NCBI GenBank assembly: GCA_964506945.1
Contig: CAZDOC010000003.1
Span: 65,142 to 129,141 of the forward strand
Reading direction: 5' to 3'
Length of the DNA stretch: 64,000 nucleotides
DNA from: an uncultured Gammaproteobacteria bacterium
GTDB taxonomy: Bacteria; Pseudomonadota; Gammaproteobacteria; CAZDOC01
A program made the position numbers and the translations under genes. The notes beneath the pieces were generated by a model, which saw only the letters and a program-made list of their open reading frames with translations, did not search any database and was not told where the DNA came from. Positions 43,510 through 55,017 of this stretch are shown piece by piece; the first letter of the stretch is position 1; every line of letters starts with the position of its first letter.

Positions 43510-44307
43510 TCAGGCAAACAGCCCGATCAACACCACCCCCAGCAGCAGGCGATAGATCACGAAGGGCAACATGCTCATGCGTGCGATCAGCTTGAGAAAG
43601 AAATGGATGCAGGCGAAGGCGCTGATGCAGGACAGGACGACGATGAGTACCAGGGCGCCCCAGTCGATAGGGATCGCCTGCCGGTACAAAGCCACCGCCT
43701 CCAGGGCCCCGGCCGCCATGATGATCGGGATCGAGAGCAGGAAGGAGTAGCGCGCCGCGGCTTCGCGCGTCAGGCCCAGGAACAGGCCCGCGGTAATGGT
43801 GATGCCGGAGCGCGAGGTGCCCGGTACCAGCGCCAGGGCCTGGGCCAGGCCGACCAGCATGACGTCCCGCCAGCCCAGACTGTACTCGTCCCGCAGAATC
43901 CGGGCGCGGGCATCGGCCCACCACAGCAGCAGGCCGAAAGTGATCGTGGTGCTGGCGATCACCAGCGGGCTGCGCAGGCTGGTCTCGACGACGCCATGCC
44001 AGAGCAGGCCGGCGATCCCCGCTGGCACGGTACCCCACAACACCGCCCAGCCCAGGCGGCTGTCGGGGGTCGCCGCCGCCCCCCGCAGGCTGGCCAGCCA
44101 GTCACCGCCGATACGAAGCAGCTCATGGCGGAAATACAGCACCACCGCCAGCAGTGTGCCGAGATGGGCGGCGATATCGTGCATCAGGCCCTGATCGGCC
44201 CAGCCGCCCAGATAGGGCAGCAGGATCAGATGTGCGGAGCTGGAGATGGGCAGGAATTCCGTCAGTCCCTGGACCAGGGCGAGGACGATGATATTGAGCA
44301 AATCCAA
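43510..44307 (-). CDS. uppP: Undecaprenyl-diphosphatase
   Basis: 265-aa BacA-family membrane protein (GLTEFLPISSSAHLIL). Confidence 0.92.
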   Translation of the reverse strand: MDLLNIIVLALVQGLTEFLPISSSAHLILLPYLGGWADQGLMHDIAAHLGTLLAVVLYFRHELLRIGGDWLASLRGAAATPDSRLGWAVLWGTVPAGIAGLLWHGVVETSLRSPLVIASTTITFGLLLWWADARARILRDEYSLGWRDVMLVGLAQALALVPGTSRSGITITAGLFLGLTREAAARYSFLLSIPIIMAAGALEAVALYRQAIPIDWGALVLIVVLSCISAFACIHFFLKLIARMSMLPFVIYRLLLGVVLIGLFA

Positions 44308-44335
44308 ACTGTGATCTCCTTGTCCTTGTCGGGGC

Positions 44336-45049
44336 TCAGATCGGCAGGAATACCGCCGTGGCCATATTCTGTATCACCTTCTTGATCACCCGGTTACTGC
44401 CGTCGGCGATAATGACCGCGAGGGTGTCCTGGAGGCTGATGATCTTGCCCAGCAGGCGTTCGTAGCTCAGGTTGGCGGGCTCCCCCGGACGTGAGTTACT
44501 GAGCAGCAACAGCCTGCCATCGCGGTCCCTGGCGTTGCTGAGCTTCCACACCGCGATCTCGATATTGCGGGCGCTATTGTACAGCTTCTGCGGATCCAGG
44601 CTGTCGAACAGATAGAACTCGGTCTTGTTGCCATAGGCGGCGTGGCACATGGTCGCCAGACCCATGATCAGCGCCATGACCCGGTCCCCGGGATAATCCT
44701 TGTCCAGTGCCAGGTTGATGCAGGCCACGGCCTTGCAGCCGTTCAGCTCGGCAAGGCGGGCCGGGCCCCCGGCTCCGAACACCGCCGTCAGACGCTGGCC
44801 GATGGTGGACCCGCCCGCCCGCCGCAGTTGCACCGGGTTGCGCCGGTAGAGCTTGATCATCAGGGTGCGCAGATGTTCCATGACCCGTTGATGATGGATC
44901 TCGGCGACCGTGTTGATATCGGTCTTGCCCAGGCGCTTGAACTCGAAGCCGCGTCGCTCGGGCCCCCGGCCATCCCCTGCCGGAGTCGCGGCGCAGGCGA
45001 CCAGCGACGACAAGGCGATCGACAACAGCAGGGGGATCACCGGTCTCAT
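44336..45049 (-). CDS. Hypothetical lipoprotein
   Basis: Signal plus lipobox (SLVAC); no family recognised. Confidence 0.55.
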   Translation of the reverse strand: MRPVIPLLLSIALSSLVACAATPAGDGRGPERRGFEFKRLGKTDINTVAEIHHQRVMEHLRTLMIKLYRRNPVQLRRAGGSTIGQRLTAVFGAGGPARLAELNGCKAVACINLALDKDYPGDRVMALIMGLATMCHAAYGNKTEFYLFDSLDPQKLYNSARNIEIAVWKLSNARDRDGRLLLLSNSRPGEPANLSYERLLGKIISLQDTLAVIIADGSNRVIKKVIQNMATAVFLPI

Positions 45050-46287
45050 AGCGCATGCCGCCGATCGAATTCCCGGAAACCGATCAGATCGATATCGATA
45101 CCACGGCCCAGGGCCATCATCTTGAAGCGCTCCCCCATCTCTCCGGGCAGCATCAGGCGGCGGGCCTGTCCGGCCCAGCGCAGGGCGGCATCGGGATCCT
45201 CCCGCATGCCGGCCTGCAGGATCTCCTCGATGCCCAGATTGATCAGACCATGGGCCTGGGTGACATAGCCCTCCAGGGCAAGCCCCAGGGTCTCGCCCGC
45301 CTCCGCCACGGCGGTGAAATCGACATCGCTGGTGAGGTCCTGCAGACCCGGCAGGAAAAAGGGATCATCGTGCAGGCGATGGCGGTAATAACAGCGCAGG
45401 CTGCCATCGACACGCCCGGGATGCCAGACCTCGGCGCGGCTGCCGCCATAGTCGATCAACAACAGCACGCCGCTGTCCAGACCGGCGGTGATCTGTTCCA
45501 GCCAGCCCCGGAGCCGGGGGCTGAACTCTCCGGCATAGCCCTCCGCCAGGTGGATCCCGGCCCTGCCGGCGAGTGCCCGCACCTGTCGCGCCAGCTCCCG
45601 ATCCGGCTCCGGTTCCGATTGCCAGCACAGTCGTCCTTCCTCCAGGGCCACCTTGCGGGCCAGCACCTGGCCGTCGTGGATCCGAAAACAGTCCACCGGC
45701 AGGGCGTCCAGCACCTCGTTGGCCAGGATCACGCCACGAAACGCCGCTGGCGGCCGATCCAGCCAGTCGACCCGCCCGCCCAGATGGGGGATCAGTCCCT
45801 CGATGCACTGTTGCTGCCGCTGCCTCAGATCGGCACTGGTCTCCAGGATCCTGTAGCGCCCGGGCAGGCTGCCAGCGGCCTCCAGGGCCAGCAGGAGGTC
45901 CACGGCCAGGCGTCCGCTGCCGGCGCCGAGTTCGAGGATATCGCCACCGTCGAGGCGCGCCAGGATCTGTCCGCACTGCCGCGCCAGGCAACGCCCGAAC
46001 AGGGGTCCCAGCTCCGGTGCGGTCACGAAGTCCCCGGCCTCGCCGAACTTGCTCGCGCCGGCGCTGTAATAGCCGAGTCCCGGTGCGTACAGGCAGAGAT
46101 CCATGTAATCGGAAAAGGGGATTGGGCCATGGCGAGCTTCGATCAGGGCGGTGATCTCCCGCAGCAGGCGCCGGCTGTGGGCGACGGCCTCCGCCGGGGG
46201 CTGCGGCAGTCCGCTCGGTGCTGCTGGGGACACGGTCAAGACAGGCGCGGGGCTGGGCTTACTGGTCGAAATCTGGCAGATCGCCAT
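45046..46287 (-). CDS. Class I SAM-dependent methyltransferase, MidA/NDUFAF7-like (DUF185)
   Basis: DYMDLCLYAPGLGYYSAGASKFGEAGDFVTAPELGPLFG...ILELGAGSG motifs; exact start uncertain (46287 or 46365; the N-terminal extension overlaps the next gene). Confidence 0.75.
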   Translation of the reverse strand: MAICQISTSKPSPAPVLTVSPAAPSGLPQPPAEAVAHSRRLLREITALIEARHGPIPFSDYMDLCLYAPGLGYYSAGASKFGEAGDFVTAPELGPLFGRCLARQCGQILARLDGGDILELGAGSGRLAVDLLLALEAAGSLPGRYRILETSADLRQRQQQCIEGLIPHLGGRVDWLDRPPAAFRGVILANEVLDALPVDCFRIHDGQVLARKVALEEGRLCWQSEPEPDRELARQVRALAGRAGIHLAEGYAGEFSPRLRGWLEQITAGLDSGVLLLIDYGGSRAEVWHPGRVDGSLRCYYRHRLHDDPFFLPGLQDLTSDVDFTAVAEAGETLGLALEGYVTQAHGLINLGIEEILQAGMREDPDAALRWAGQARRLMLPGEMGERFKMMALGRGIDIDLIGFREFDRRHAL

Positions 46288-46672
46288 CCAGCAGCCAGTG
46301 CTTCTCCGTGTCGGAATACCACCAGGTCTGGTCCTGCCGGGTCTGTCTGAGGGTCCCGCTGTCACTGCGATAATAACCGATCCTGGCGGTCACATGGGCC
46401 TCGTGCCGGTCGCCCACGAGGACCGGATCGGACATTTCGTAACTGACCACGCGAACCGCTTTCAGGCTCGCCGTATCCCGTTTCCTGAGCTCGCCCCGAC
46501 GCGGCCGCAGGTAATTGGCGGCGGTCTCGAAATAGCCCCAGCGGATGGCCTTGCGATAGGTCTCCAGGGTATTCTTCAGGGCGTTGCTTTCCTTGCGCGC
46601 CTGGAGATCGGCGCATCCCGCCAGTGACGACAGCAGCAACGCGGCCACCAGGGTCTTCATCATCGTCTGCAT
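46259..46672 (-). CDS. Hypothetical lipoprotein
   Basis: MQTMMKTLVAALLLSSLAGCADL lipobox; about 135 aa. Confidence 0.5.
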   Translation of the reverse strand: MQTMMKTLVAALLLSSLAGCADLQARKESNALKNTLETYRKAIRWGYFETAANYLRPRRGELRKRDTASLKAVRVVSYEMSDPVLVGDRHEAHVTARIGYYRSDSGTLRQTRQDQTWWYSDTEKHWLLDGDLPDFDQ

Positions 46673-46676
46673 CGGT

Positions 46677-47189
46677 TCACCCCGTTGTTTCAGTCTCATC
46701 CAGCGGCGAGAACATCACCGGCTTCATGTCTAGCCCCCGTTTGTCGAAGGCCGCCCACAGCTCGGCGAAACTCCGGCCGCTGACGGGATGACAGGCCTCC
46801 GGAGCGATCTCGGCCAGCGGCGCGAGCACGAAAGGGTAGACCTCCACATCCTCGCGCGGCAGGCGCAGGCCATCGCTGTCGATCACCTGGTAGCCGTACA
46901 ACAGCAGGTCCAGGTCCAGGCGGCGTGATGAGGGGCCGCGGGTATCCGCGTCCCGGCCATGCCGGAATTCCACTTCCCGCAACTGGCGGGCGATCTCCCG
47001 CGCCGGCAGGCCGCTGTCGAAACCCGCCACCAGATTGAAAAAGTCCCCGCCATCGAAGCCCAGTGCCCGGGTCTGATAGACCGTGGACAGGGTCAGGGCG
47101 CCGAAGCTGGCGGCCAGCTCGCGCAGGCCCTCGCGCAGGCTGTTCTCGCGATCGATATTGCTGCCGATGCCGACATAGACCCGCGGCAT
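46677..47189 (-). CDS. folK: 2-amino-4-hydroxy-6-hydroxymethyldihydropteridine pyrophosphokinase
   Basis: MPRVYVGIGSNIDRENSL... HPPK signature. Confidence 0.9.
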   Translation of the reverse strand: MPRVYVGIGSNIDRENSLREGLRELAASFGALTLSTVYQTRALGFDGGDFFNLVAGFDSGLPAREIARQLREVEFRHGRDADTRGPSSRRLDLDLLLYGYQVIDSDGLRLPREDVEVYPFVLAPLAEIAPEACHPVSGRSFAELWAAFDKRGLDMKPVMFSPLDETETTG

Positions 47190-47193
47190 GGCG

Positions 47194-47550
47194 TCAATCC
47201 GGCCTCTGGCCGCGTTCGATGAGCACGCCGACATCGCGCACCCCGCGCAGGGCGCCCTTCTTGTTGATGCGCAGGCGCAGCCAGGGCACGTCGAATTCCC
47301 GCAGGATGATCGCGGCGACCTGCTCGGCCAGGGTCTCGATCAGCTGGAAACGGCTTTCCTGCACGAAGCGGATCACCCGGTCGCAGACCGCCTTGTAGTC
47401 CAGGGTATCCCCGATGGCGTCCGAGGCCGCGGCGGCGCGGATATCGGTGGCCATCTCCAGATCCAGGATCAGGGTCTGGCGAATGCGCTTCTCCCATTCA
47501 TACAGGCCGATGACGGTCTCGATCCGCAGGTCTTTGAGGTAGATGATGTC
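47194..47550 (-). CDS. folB: Dihydroneopterin aldolase
   Basis: MDIIYLKDLRIETVIGLYEWEKRIRQTL...; 118 aa embedded in a longer track ORF. Confidence 0.88.
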   Translation of the reverse strand, partial: DIIYLKDLRIETVIGLYEWEKRIRQTLILDLEMATDIRAAAASDAIGDTLDYKAVCDRVIRFVQESRFQLIETLAEQVAAIILREFDVPWLRLRINKKGALRGVRDVGVLIERGQRPD

Positions 47551-47646
47551 CATGTATCCGTGCTTTGGGCTGGCCCTGTGTCGCGCAATGATAACCCGAA
47601 AACGCCGTGCTTGACCGTGCCGCCGCAAACGATTCCAATAGCCCCC

Positions 47647-48267
47647 ATGACTGACGCCCTGATGATCCTGGCCGGCTACCTGTTCGGCTCCATCTCCTCC
47701 GCCCTGATCCTGTGCCGGGTCATGGGCTATCCCGATCCCAGGAACGAGGGTTCCGGCAACCCCGGCGCCACCAACATCCTGCGCCTGCACGGCAAGCCGG
47801 CGGCCCTGGTCACCCTGTCCGGGGACCTGCTCAAGGGCCTGCTGCCCCTGCTGGCCGCGCGCTGGCTCGGCGCCGCTGACTGGGTCCTGGCGGGTATGGG
47901 CACGGCCGCCTTCCTCGGCCACCTGTATCCGGTGTTCTTCGGTTTCCGTGGCGGCAAGGGCGTGGCCACCTTCGCCGGCGTCCTCTATGGCCTGTACTGG
48001 CCGGCCGGTGTTGCCTTCATGGCCATCTGGATCACGGTGGCGGCGGTGGCGCGCTATTCCTCCCTGGCGGCGCTGATCGCCTCGGCATTCAGCCCGGCGG
48101 CGCTGTTCCTGTTCACCGGTTCATGGTCCTACATGTGCGCCAGCCTGGTGATGGTGATCCTGCTGTTCTGGCGCCATCGCAGCAATATCGCCAAGCTCAT
48201 GGACGGCAGCGAACCCCGGCTGGGCAGGAAGGACGAACCCGGCGATGCGGGTCCGGGCGGGGACTGA
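47647..48267 (+). CDS. plsY: Glycerol-3-phosphate acyltransferase PlsY
   Basis: GSGNPGATNILR motif, polytopic; start at MTDALMILAGYLFGSI inside the longer track ORF. Confidence 0.9.
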   Translation: MTDALMILAGYLFGSISSALILCRVMGYPDPRNEGSGNPGATNILRLHGKPAALVTLSGDLLKGLLPLLAARWLGAADWVLAGMGTAAFLGHLYPVFFGFRGGKGVATFAGVLYGLYWPAGVAFMAIWITVAAVARYSSLAALIASAFSPAALFLFTGSWSYMCASLVMVILLFWRHRSNIAKLMDGSEPRLGRKDEPGDAGPGGD

Positions 48268-48272
48268 GCCCC

Positions 48273-49289
48273 TCAATCCAGACCCGGCAGCGCCTCCATC
48301 GGCCAGCGCGGCAAGGCATCGAACCCCAGCCCCTGGTGCTGCCCCGCGGCCAGCCTCAGGCTCCCGACATAGGCGATCATGGCCCCATTGTCGGTACAGA
48401 ACCGCGCTCGCGGATAGTGCACCGACAACCCCTCCTCCCCGGCCAGCCGCGCCAGGCCCTCGCGCAACTGCCGGTTGGCGCTGACCCCGCCGGCGGCCAC
48501 CAGGGTGCGGATGCCGGTCTGGCGCACCGCCCGGCGACACTTGATCACCAGGGTGTCCACCACCGCCTCGATGAAGGCCCGGGCGATATCGGCCCGGCTC
48601 TGCTCGTCCAGGCCTTCCCCGCCGATGGCGTTCAGGGCCGCGGTCTTGAGCCCGCTGAAGCTGAAATCCAGGCCCGGACGGTTGACCATCGGCCGGGGAA
48701 ACTCGAACCGTCCCGTGCGACCCTGCTCCGCCAGCGCCGACAAGGCCGGCCCGCCGGGATAACCCAGCCCCAGCAGTTTGGCGGTCTTGTCGAAGGCCTC
48801 GCCGACGGCATCGTCCAGGGTCTCGCCGAGGATGCGGTAGCGTCCCACGCCCCTGACCTCGACCAGTTGGGTATGCCCGCCGGAGACCAGCAGGGCGATG
48901 AACGGAAAGTCCGGCGGGGCCGGCTCCAGCATCGGCGCCAGCAGATGCCCTTCCATATGATGAACGCCGATGCAGGGCACACCCCAGCCCCAGGCCAGGG
49001 AACGGCCCAGGGCCGCGCCCACCAGCAGGGCCCCGACCAGACCCGGCCCGCGGGTATAGGCGATGCCGTCGATATCCCCACCCTGGCAACCGGCCCCGGC
49101 CATGACCTCCCGGATCAGCGGTACGGCCTTGCGCACATGGTCGCGCGAGGCCAGCTCCGGCACCACGCCGCCGTACTCGCCGTGCATCTCGACCTGGCTG
49201 AACAGCGCCTCGGCCAGCAGACCCCGCGTGCTGGAATAGATGGCCACGCCGGTCTCGTCACAGGATGTCTCTATGCCCAGTACCTTCAT
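48273..49289 (-). CDS. tsaD: tRNA N6-adenosine threonylcarbamoyltransferase
   Basis: [18 protein letters not shown]...; Kae1/TsaD family; divergent from rpsU as in many proteobacteria. Confidence 0.92.
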   Translation of the reverse strand: MKVLGIETSCDETGVAIYSSTRGLLAEALFSQVEMHGEYGGVVPELASRDHVRKAVPLIREVMAGAGCQGGDIDGIAYTRGPGLVGALLVGAALGRSLAWGWGVPCIGVHHMEGHLLAPMLEPAPPDFPFIALLVSGGHTQLVEVRGVGRYRILGETLDDAVGEAFDKTAKLLGLGYPGGPALSALAEQGRTGRFEFPRPMVNRPGLDFSFSGLKTAALNAIGGEGLDEQSRADIARAFIEAVVDTLVIKCRRAVRQTGIRTLVAAGGVSANRQLREGLARLAGEEGLSVHYPRARFCTDNGAMIAYVGSLRLAAGQHQGLGFDALPRWPMEALPGLD

Positions 49290-49598
49290 ACCCTCAGTAT
49301 CCATCCCGGTTTCTGAAACCTGACACCGGCACATGCCCATGCCACCTCAACTACCGCCCGTGCCGAGGGTCACGCCCCCCGTCTCGAAACCCGACCTCCC
49401 CCACGCCCGGATCGTCCGCCGCAACGGCTCGGGGTCCCCAAGCGCTCCCGGACGCGATCAGCGGCAGGATCCCGGGTATCCCATGGACCCACGGCGTCCA
49501 GATTTTGCAATTTACAGGCCGACTCTTTACACTGTTGCGCCTTTCCACGTGGGGTGGTCCCGCGTGGCAAAAACGAATCCTACAGGAAAACAGCATCA

Positions 49599-49814
49599 AT
49601 GCCCGAAGTTAAGGTCAGAGAAAACGAACCCTTCGACGTCGCCCTGCGCCGTTTCAAGCGTTCCTGCGAAAAGGCCGGCGTGCTGGCCGAGGTCCATCGG
49701 CGTGAATTCTACGAGAAGCCGACCCAGGTCCGTAAGCGCAAGGCCGCCGCCGCCGTCAAACGCTGGCAGAAGAAACTCAACCGCACCAGCGTCCGCCGCA
49801 CACGCCTGTACTGA
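49599..49814 (+). CDS. rpsU: 30S ribosomal protein S21
   Basis: [32 protein letters not shown]... 71 aa. Confidence 0.95.
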   Translation: MPEVKVRENEPFDVALRRFKRSCEKAGVLAEVHRREFYEKPTQVRKRKAAAAVKRWQKKLNRTSVRRTRLY

Positions 49815-49829
49815 GCCCCGCGGCCGCGG

Positions 49830-50292
49830 CGGCACATCCATGGACACCCCACTGAAGCAGCGCATCCAGGACGACGTCAAGGATGCCATGCGCAGCAAGG
49901 ACAGGCAGCGCCTGAGCACCCTGCGCCTGCTGACCGCCGCCATCAAGCAGCGCGAGGTGGATGAGCGCATCGTCCTGGACGATGCCGCCGTCACCGCCCT
50001 GATCGAAAAGATGGCGCGCCAGCGCAAGGACTCCATCGAGCAGTATGACAAGGCCGGACGCCAGGACCTGATCGACATCGAGACCTACGAGCTCGAGCTG
50101 TTGCGGGCCTACCTGCCGGAACCCATGGACGAGGCGGAACTGGAGTCTCTGGTGGACAAGGCGATCGATGAGTCCGGCGCCAGCGGCATCCGCGATATGG
50201 GCAGGGTCATGGGCCTGCTCAGGGACCGGGTCCAGGGTCGCGCGGACCTGTCCCAGGTCAGCGCCCTGGTCAAGTCGAAACTCAACGGCTGA
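49830..50292 (+). CDS. yqeY: GatB/YqeY-domain protein
   Basis: MDTPLKQRIQDDVKDAMRSKDRQRLSTLRLLTAAIKQREVD... typical YqeY; between rpsU and dnaG. Confidence 0.85.
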
Positions 50293-50383
50293 GACCGCGC
50301 CGACCCCATCGCCGGCATCGGCCCGGCGGCAGCCAGCACCCCCGGTGACGGCAACACGAATGATCGAATGCAGCGCTAAATAG

Positions 50384-52120
50384 ATGGCCGGTCGCATTCC
50401 CCAGGCATTTATCGACGACCTGCTCGCCCGCACCGATATCGTCGAGGTCATCGACGAACGCGTGCCCCTGCGCAAGGCCGGGCGCAATTACACCGCCTGC
50501 TGCCCCTTCCACAACGAAAAGACCCCCTCCTTCAGCGTCAGCCCGGACAAGCAGTTCTATTACTGTTTCGGCTGCGGCGCCAGCGGTTCCGCCATCGGCT
50601 TCCTGATGGACTACGCCAAGCTGGGGTTTGTCGATGCGGTACACGAACTGGCCGGCCATGCCGGGCTCGAGGTGCCGGACGACGGCCAGCCGGATCGTCG
50701 CCAGCAGTTCAACGGCATCTACACACTGCTGGAACAGGCCGCAGCCTACTATGCCCGCCAGCTGCGTGAACACGCGGCCGCCCCGAATGCGGTGGCATAC
50801 CTCAAGCAACGCGGACTCAGCGGCGAGATCGCGGCCGAGTACGGACTCGGTTTCGCCCCCCCCGGCTGGGACAACCTGAATCACCACCTGAGCGGTCACC
50901 CGCCGGGCGAACTGCTCGCCGCCGGCCTGGTGATCGAACGTGATGGCGGCGGCCATTACGACCGTTTCCGGGATCGCATCATGTACCCCATCCACGATCA
51001 GCGCGGCCGCGTGATCGGTTTCGGCGGCCGTAGCATCGGCGATGCCGAACCCAAGTACCTCAATTCCCCCGAGACCCCGGTCTTCCACAAGGGCCGCGAA
51101 CTCTACGGCCTCTACCAGGCCCGCAAGTCCGGTGCCGATCTGGCCCGCATGCTGGTCGTGGAGGGCTATATGGATGTGCTGGCGCTGGCCCAGTATGGTG
51201 TCCGTAACGTGATCGCCACCCTGGGCACCGCCACCACCGGCGAGCATCTCGAACGCCTGTTCCGGATCAGCACGGATATCGTCTTCTGTTTCGATGGCGA
51301 CCGCGCCGGTCGCAGCGCCGCCTGGCGCGCCCTGGAAAACTCGCTGCCGCTGCTGCAGAGCGGTCGCCAGGTCTATTTCCTGTTCCTGCCCGAGGGCGAG
51401 GACCCGGACAGCCTGGTACGCGGCCGTGGCGCGGACTTTTTCACCGAACACCGGCATCTGACCGCGCTGGGCGATTTCCTGTTCGAACACCTCAGCGCCG
51501 ACCTCAGCGTCGCGAGCCTGGATGGACGGGCGCGCCTGACGGATCGCCTGGTCCCGTTGCTGAAACGGATGCCGGAGGGCGCCTACCGTCACCTGCTGAG
51601 CGCCCGGCTGGCGCAGCTGAGTCAACTGCCGGCCGCGGACATCAACGCCCTGCTGGACGGTGCATCCCGGCCACCGACACCGGCATCGCCCGCCTCGCGC
51701 TCCCGCCCCGGCAAGCGCCGCCACAGCCCCTCACTGGTGCGCTCGGCCATCACCCTGCTGCTGCGCAAGCCGGCGCTGGCGCTGCGCATGGAATCCCCCA
51801 CCACCCTCGAGAACCTGCAACTGCCCGGGATCGCACTGCTGCTGGAACTGCTTGAAATCGTACACCGTCAACCCGATATCACCACCGGCATGGTGCTGGA
51901 ACATTTCCGTGATCGGGATGAAAAAAGGCATCTCGAAACCCTGCTCGGACACGAACTCCCCATCGATGACGAAGGCCTGCCGCAGGAGTTCGACGGCGTG
52001 GTGCAGCGCCTGGGCATGCAGTCCCGGCGCCAGCGGCTCAACGCCCTGCTGCAAAGACAGGCCAGCCTGGACCCGGACGAGAAGCGGGAACTGGCGGACC
52101 TGCTTCAGGAGGGCCGTTGA
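50384..52120 (+). CDS. dnaG: DNA primase
   Basis: Zinc-ribbon CPFHNEKTPSFSV, TOPRIM EGYMDVLAL...FDGDRAGR, C-terminal helicase-binding domain. Confidence 0.95.
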   Translation: MAGRIPQAFIDDLLARTDIVEVIDERVPLRKAGRNYTACCPFHNEKTPSFSVSPDKQFYYCFGCGASGSAIGFLMDYAKLGFVDAVHELAGHAGLEVPDDGQPDRRQQFNGIYTLLEQAAAYYARQLREHAAAPNAVAYLKQRGLSGEIAAEYGLGFAPPGWDNLNHHLSGHPPGELLAAGLVIERDGGGHYDRFRDRIMYPIHDQRGRVIGFGGRSIGDAEPKYLNSPETPVFHKGRELYGLYQARKSGADLARMLVVEGYMDVLALAQYGVRNVIATLGTATTGEHLERLFRISTDIVFCFDGDRAGRSAAWRALENSLPLLQSGRQVYFLFLPEGEDPDSLVRGRGADFFTEHRHLTALGDFLFEHLSADLSVASLDGRARLTDRLVPLLKRMPEGAYRHLLSARLAQLSQLPAADINALLDGASRPPTPASPASRSRPGKRRHSPSLVRSAITLLLRKPALALRMESPTTLENLQLPGIALLLELLEIVHRQPDITTGMVLEHFRDRDEKRHLETLLGHELPIDDEGLPQEFDGVVQRLGMQSRRQRLNALLQRQASLDPDEKRELADLLQEGR

Positions 52121-52290
52121 GCAGCGTCGCAGCCCCGACAGGCCCGTCATATGACCGGTATGGACGGGCCCGGTGGCGGCAATCGATGCCGTGTCCATCT
52201 TTAATCTGGAAATATACACCCCACTTTATTATAATGGTGTGTTCGCCTGCCGGTCTTTCGGGACTGGCAGGTTTACGATCCTGTTACTAG

Positions 52291-52312
52291 ACTTGCAGTA
52301 GTCACTGCAAGT
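52291..52312 (+). promoter_or_regulatory. Perfect 9-bp inverted repeat (ACTTGCAGT-N4-ACTGCAAGT) in the rpoD leader; upstream perfect TATAAT at about 52233
   Basis: Seen directly in the dnaG-rpoD intergenic region 43 nt before the rpoD ATG. Confidence 0.4.
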
Positions 52313-52354
52313 TTCTGAAGCAGCATACAATCAGTTTGAGGCCGCAACGTCACA

Positions 52355-54199
<1,845 letters not shown>

Positions 54200-54274
54200 C
54201 AACAGGGGCGGCATCGCCACCACCATGCCGCCCCTTTTCACCCGTGCTTGTGTATAATCACCCCCCTCAGACAG

Positions 54275-54351
<77 letters not shown>

Positions 54352-54365
54352 CAGGACACACGCTG

Positions 54366-54917
54366 CTAGCGCGCCTGAAAGCCTCTGACCCAGTCCTCCT
54401 GGGCCCGGGTCTGGATCGCGCCGGAGCGGACCTTGCGCACGGCCTGGATGGCCTGCCCGGGCTGCAGGCCGGACTCCGTCAGCAGGCAGGCGGCCAGCAT
54501 CCCGGTGCGGCCCAGCCCCCCCAGGCAATGGATGACGATCGCCTCTCCCCGCGACAGGCGGGCGCGCAGGTCGGCGCCGCCGTCACGCCAGCGGCCGGTG
54601 AAGTCCGCACCGGGGATATCCATGTCCCGGATCGGCAGGTGCAGCCAGTCCAGACCCAGCCCCCGGGTCCGCTCCGGCAGATCGGCGACGCCGTATTCGC
54701 GCAGTTCGAAGGACTCCATCAGGGTCACCAGGATACCGGCGCCCCAGGCCCGGATGGCCTCCAGATCGGCCCCCAGGTCGCGCCGCCAGTCGGGGCTGGT
54801 GGCCAGCGGGTGATTGCGCCCCGGGCAGCAGCACATGCCGATGCGGCCACTGCCGCCGGGAACCTCCAGGCTGTCGATATGCAGTCTTTTCACCGTCCTC
54901 CGCCAGGCCAGGGTCAT
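54366..54917 (-). CDS. Cys-X5-Arg protein tyrosine/dual-specificity phosphatase-like protein
   Basis: About 184 aa with VIHCLGGLGRTG P-loop (HCxxGxxRT) and an upstream Asp candidate (DMDIPGADF). Confidence 0.7.
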   Translation of the reverse strand: MTLAWRRTVKRLHIDSLEVPGGSGRIGMCCCPGRNHPLATSPDWRRDLGADLEAIRAWGAGILVTLMESFELREYGVADLPERTRGLGLDWLHLPIRDMDIPGADFTGRWRDGGADLRARLSRGEAIVIHCLGGLGRTGMLAACLLTESGLQPGQAIQAVRKVRSGAIQTRAQEDWVRGFQAR

Positions 54918-55017
54918 GGCCCCATGATGGCACAAACAGCCGGCGCCAGACACCATCGGAATCCATCGCGCCCGCGGCCCGATTTCAGGCTATGCTTCGA
55001 ATACAGGGGGACGCAAG

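Noticed and set aside
49333-50292. 319-aa ORF spanning rpsU and yqeY
   Set aside because: Upstream extension of the yqeY frame across the rpsU gene (different frame); genuine products are S21 (49599..49814) and YqeY (49830..50292)
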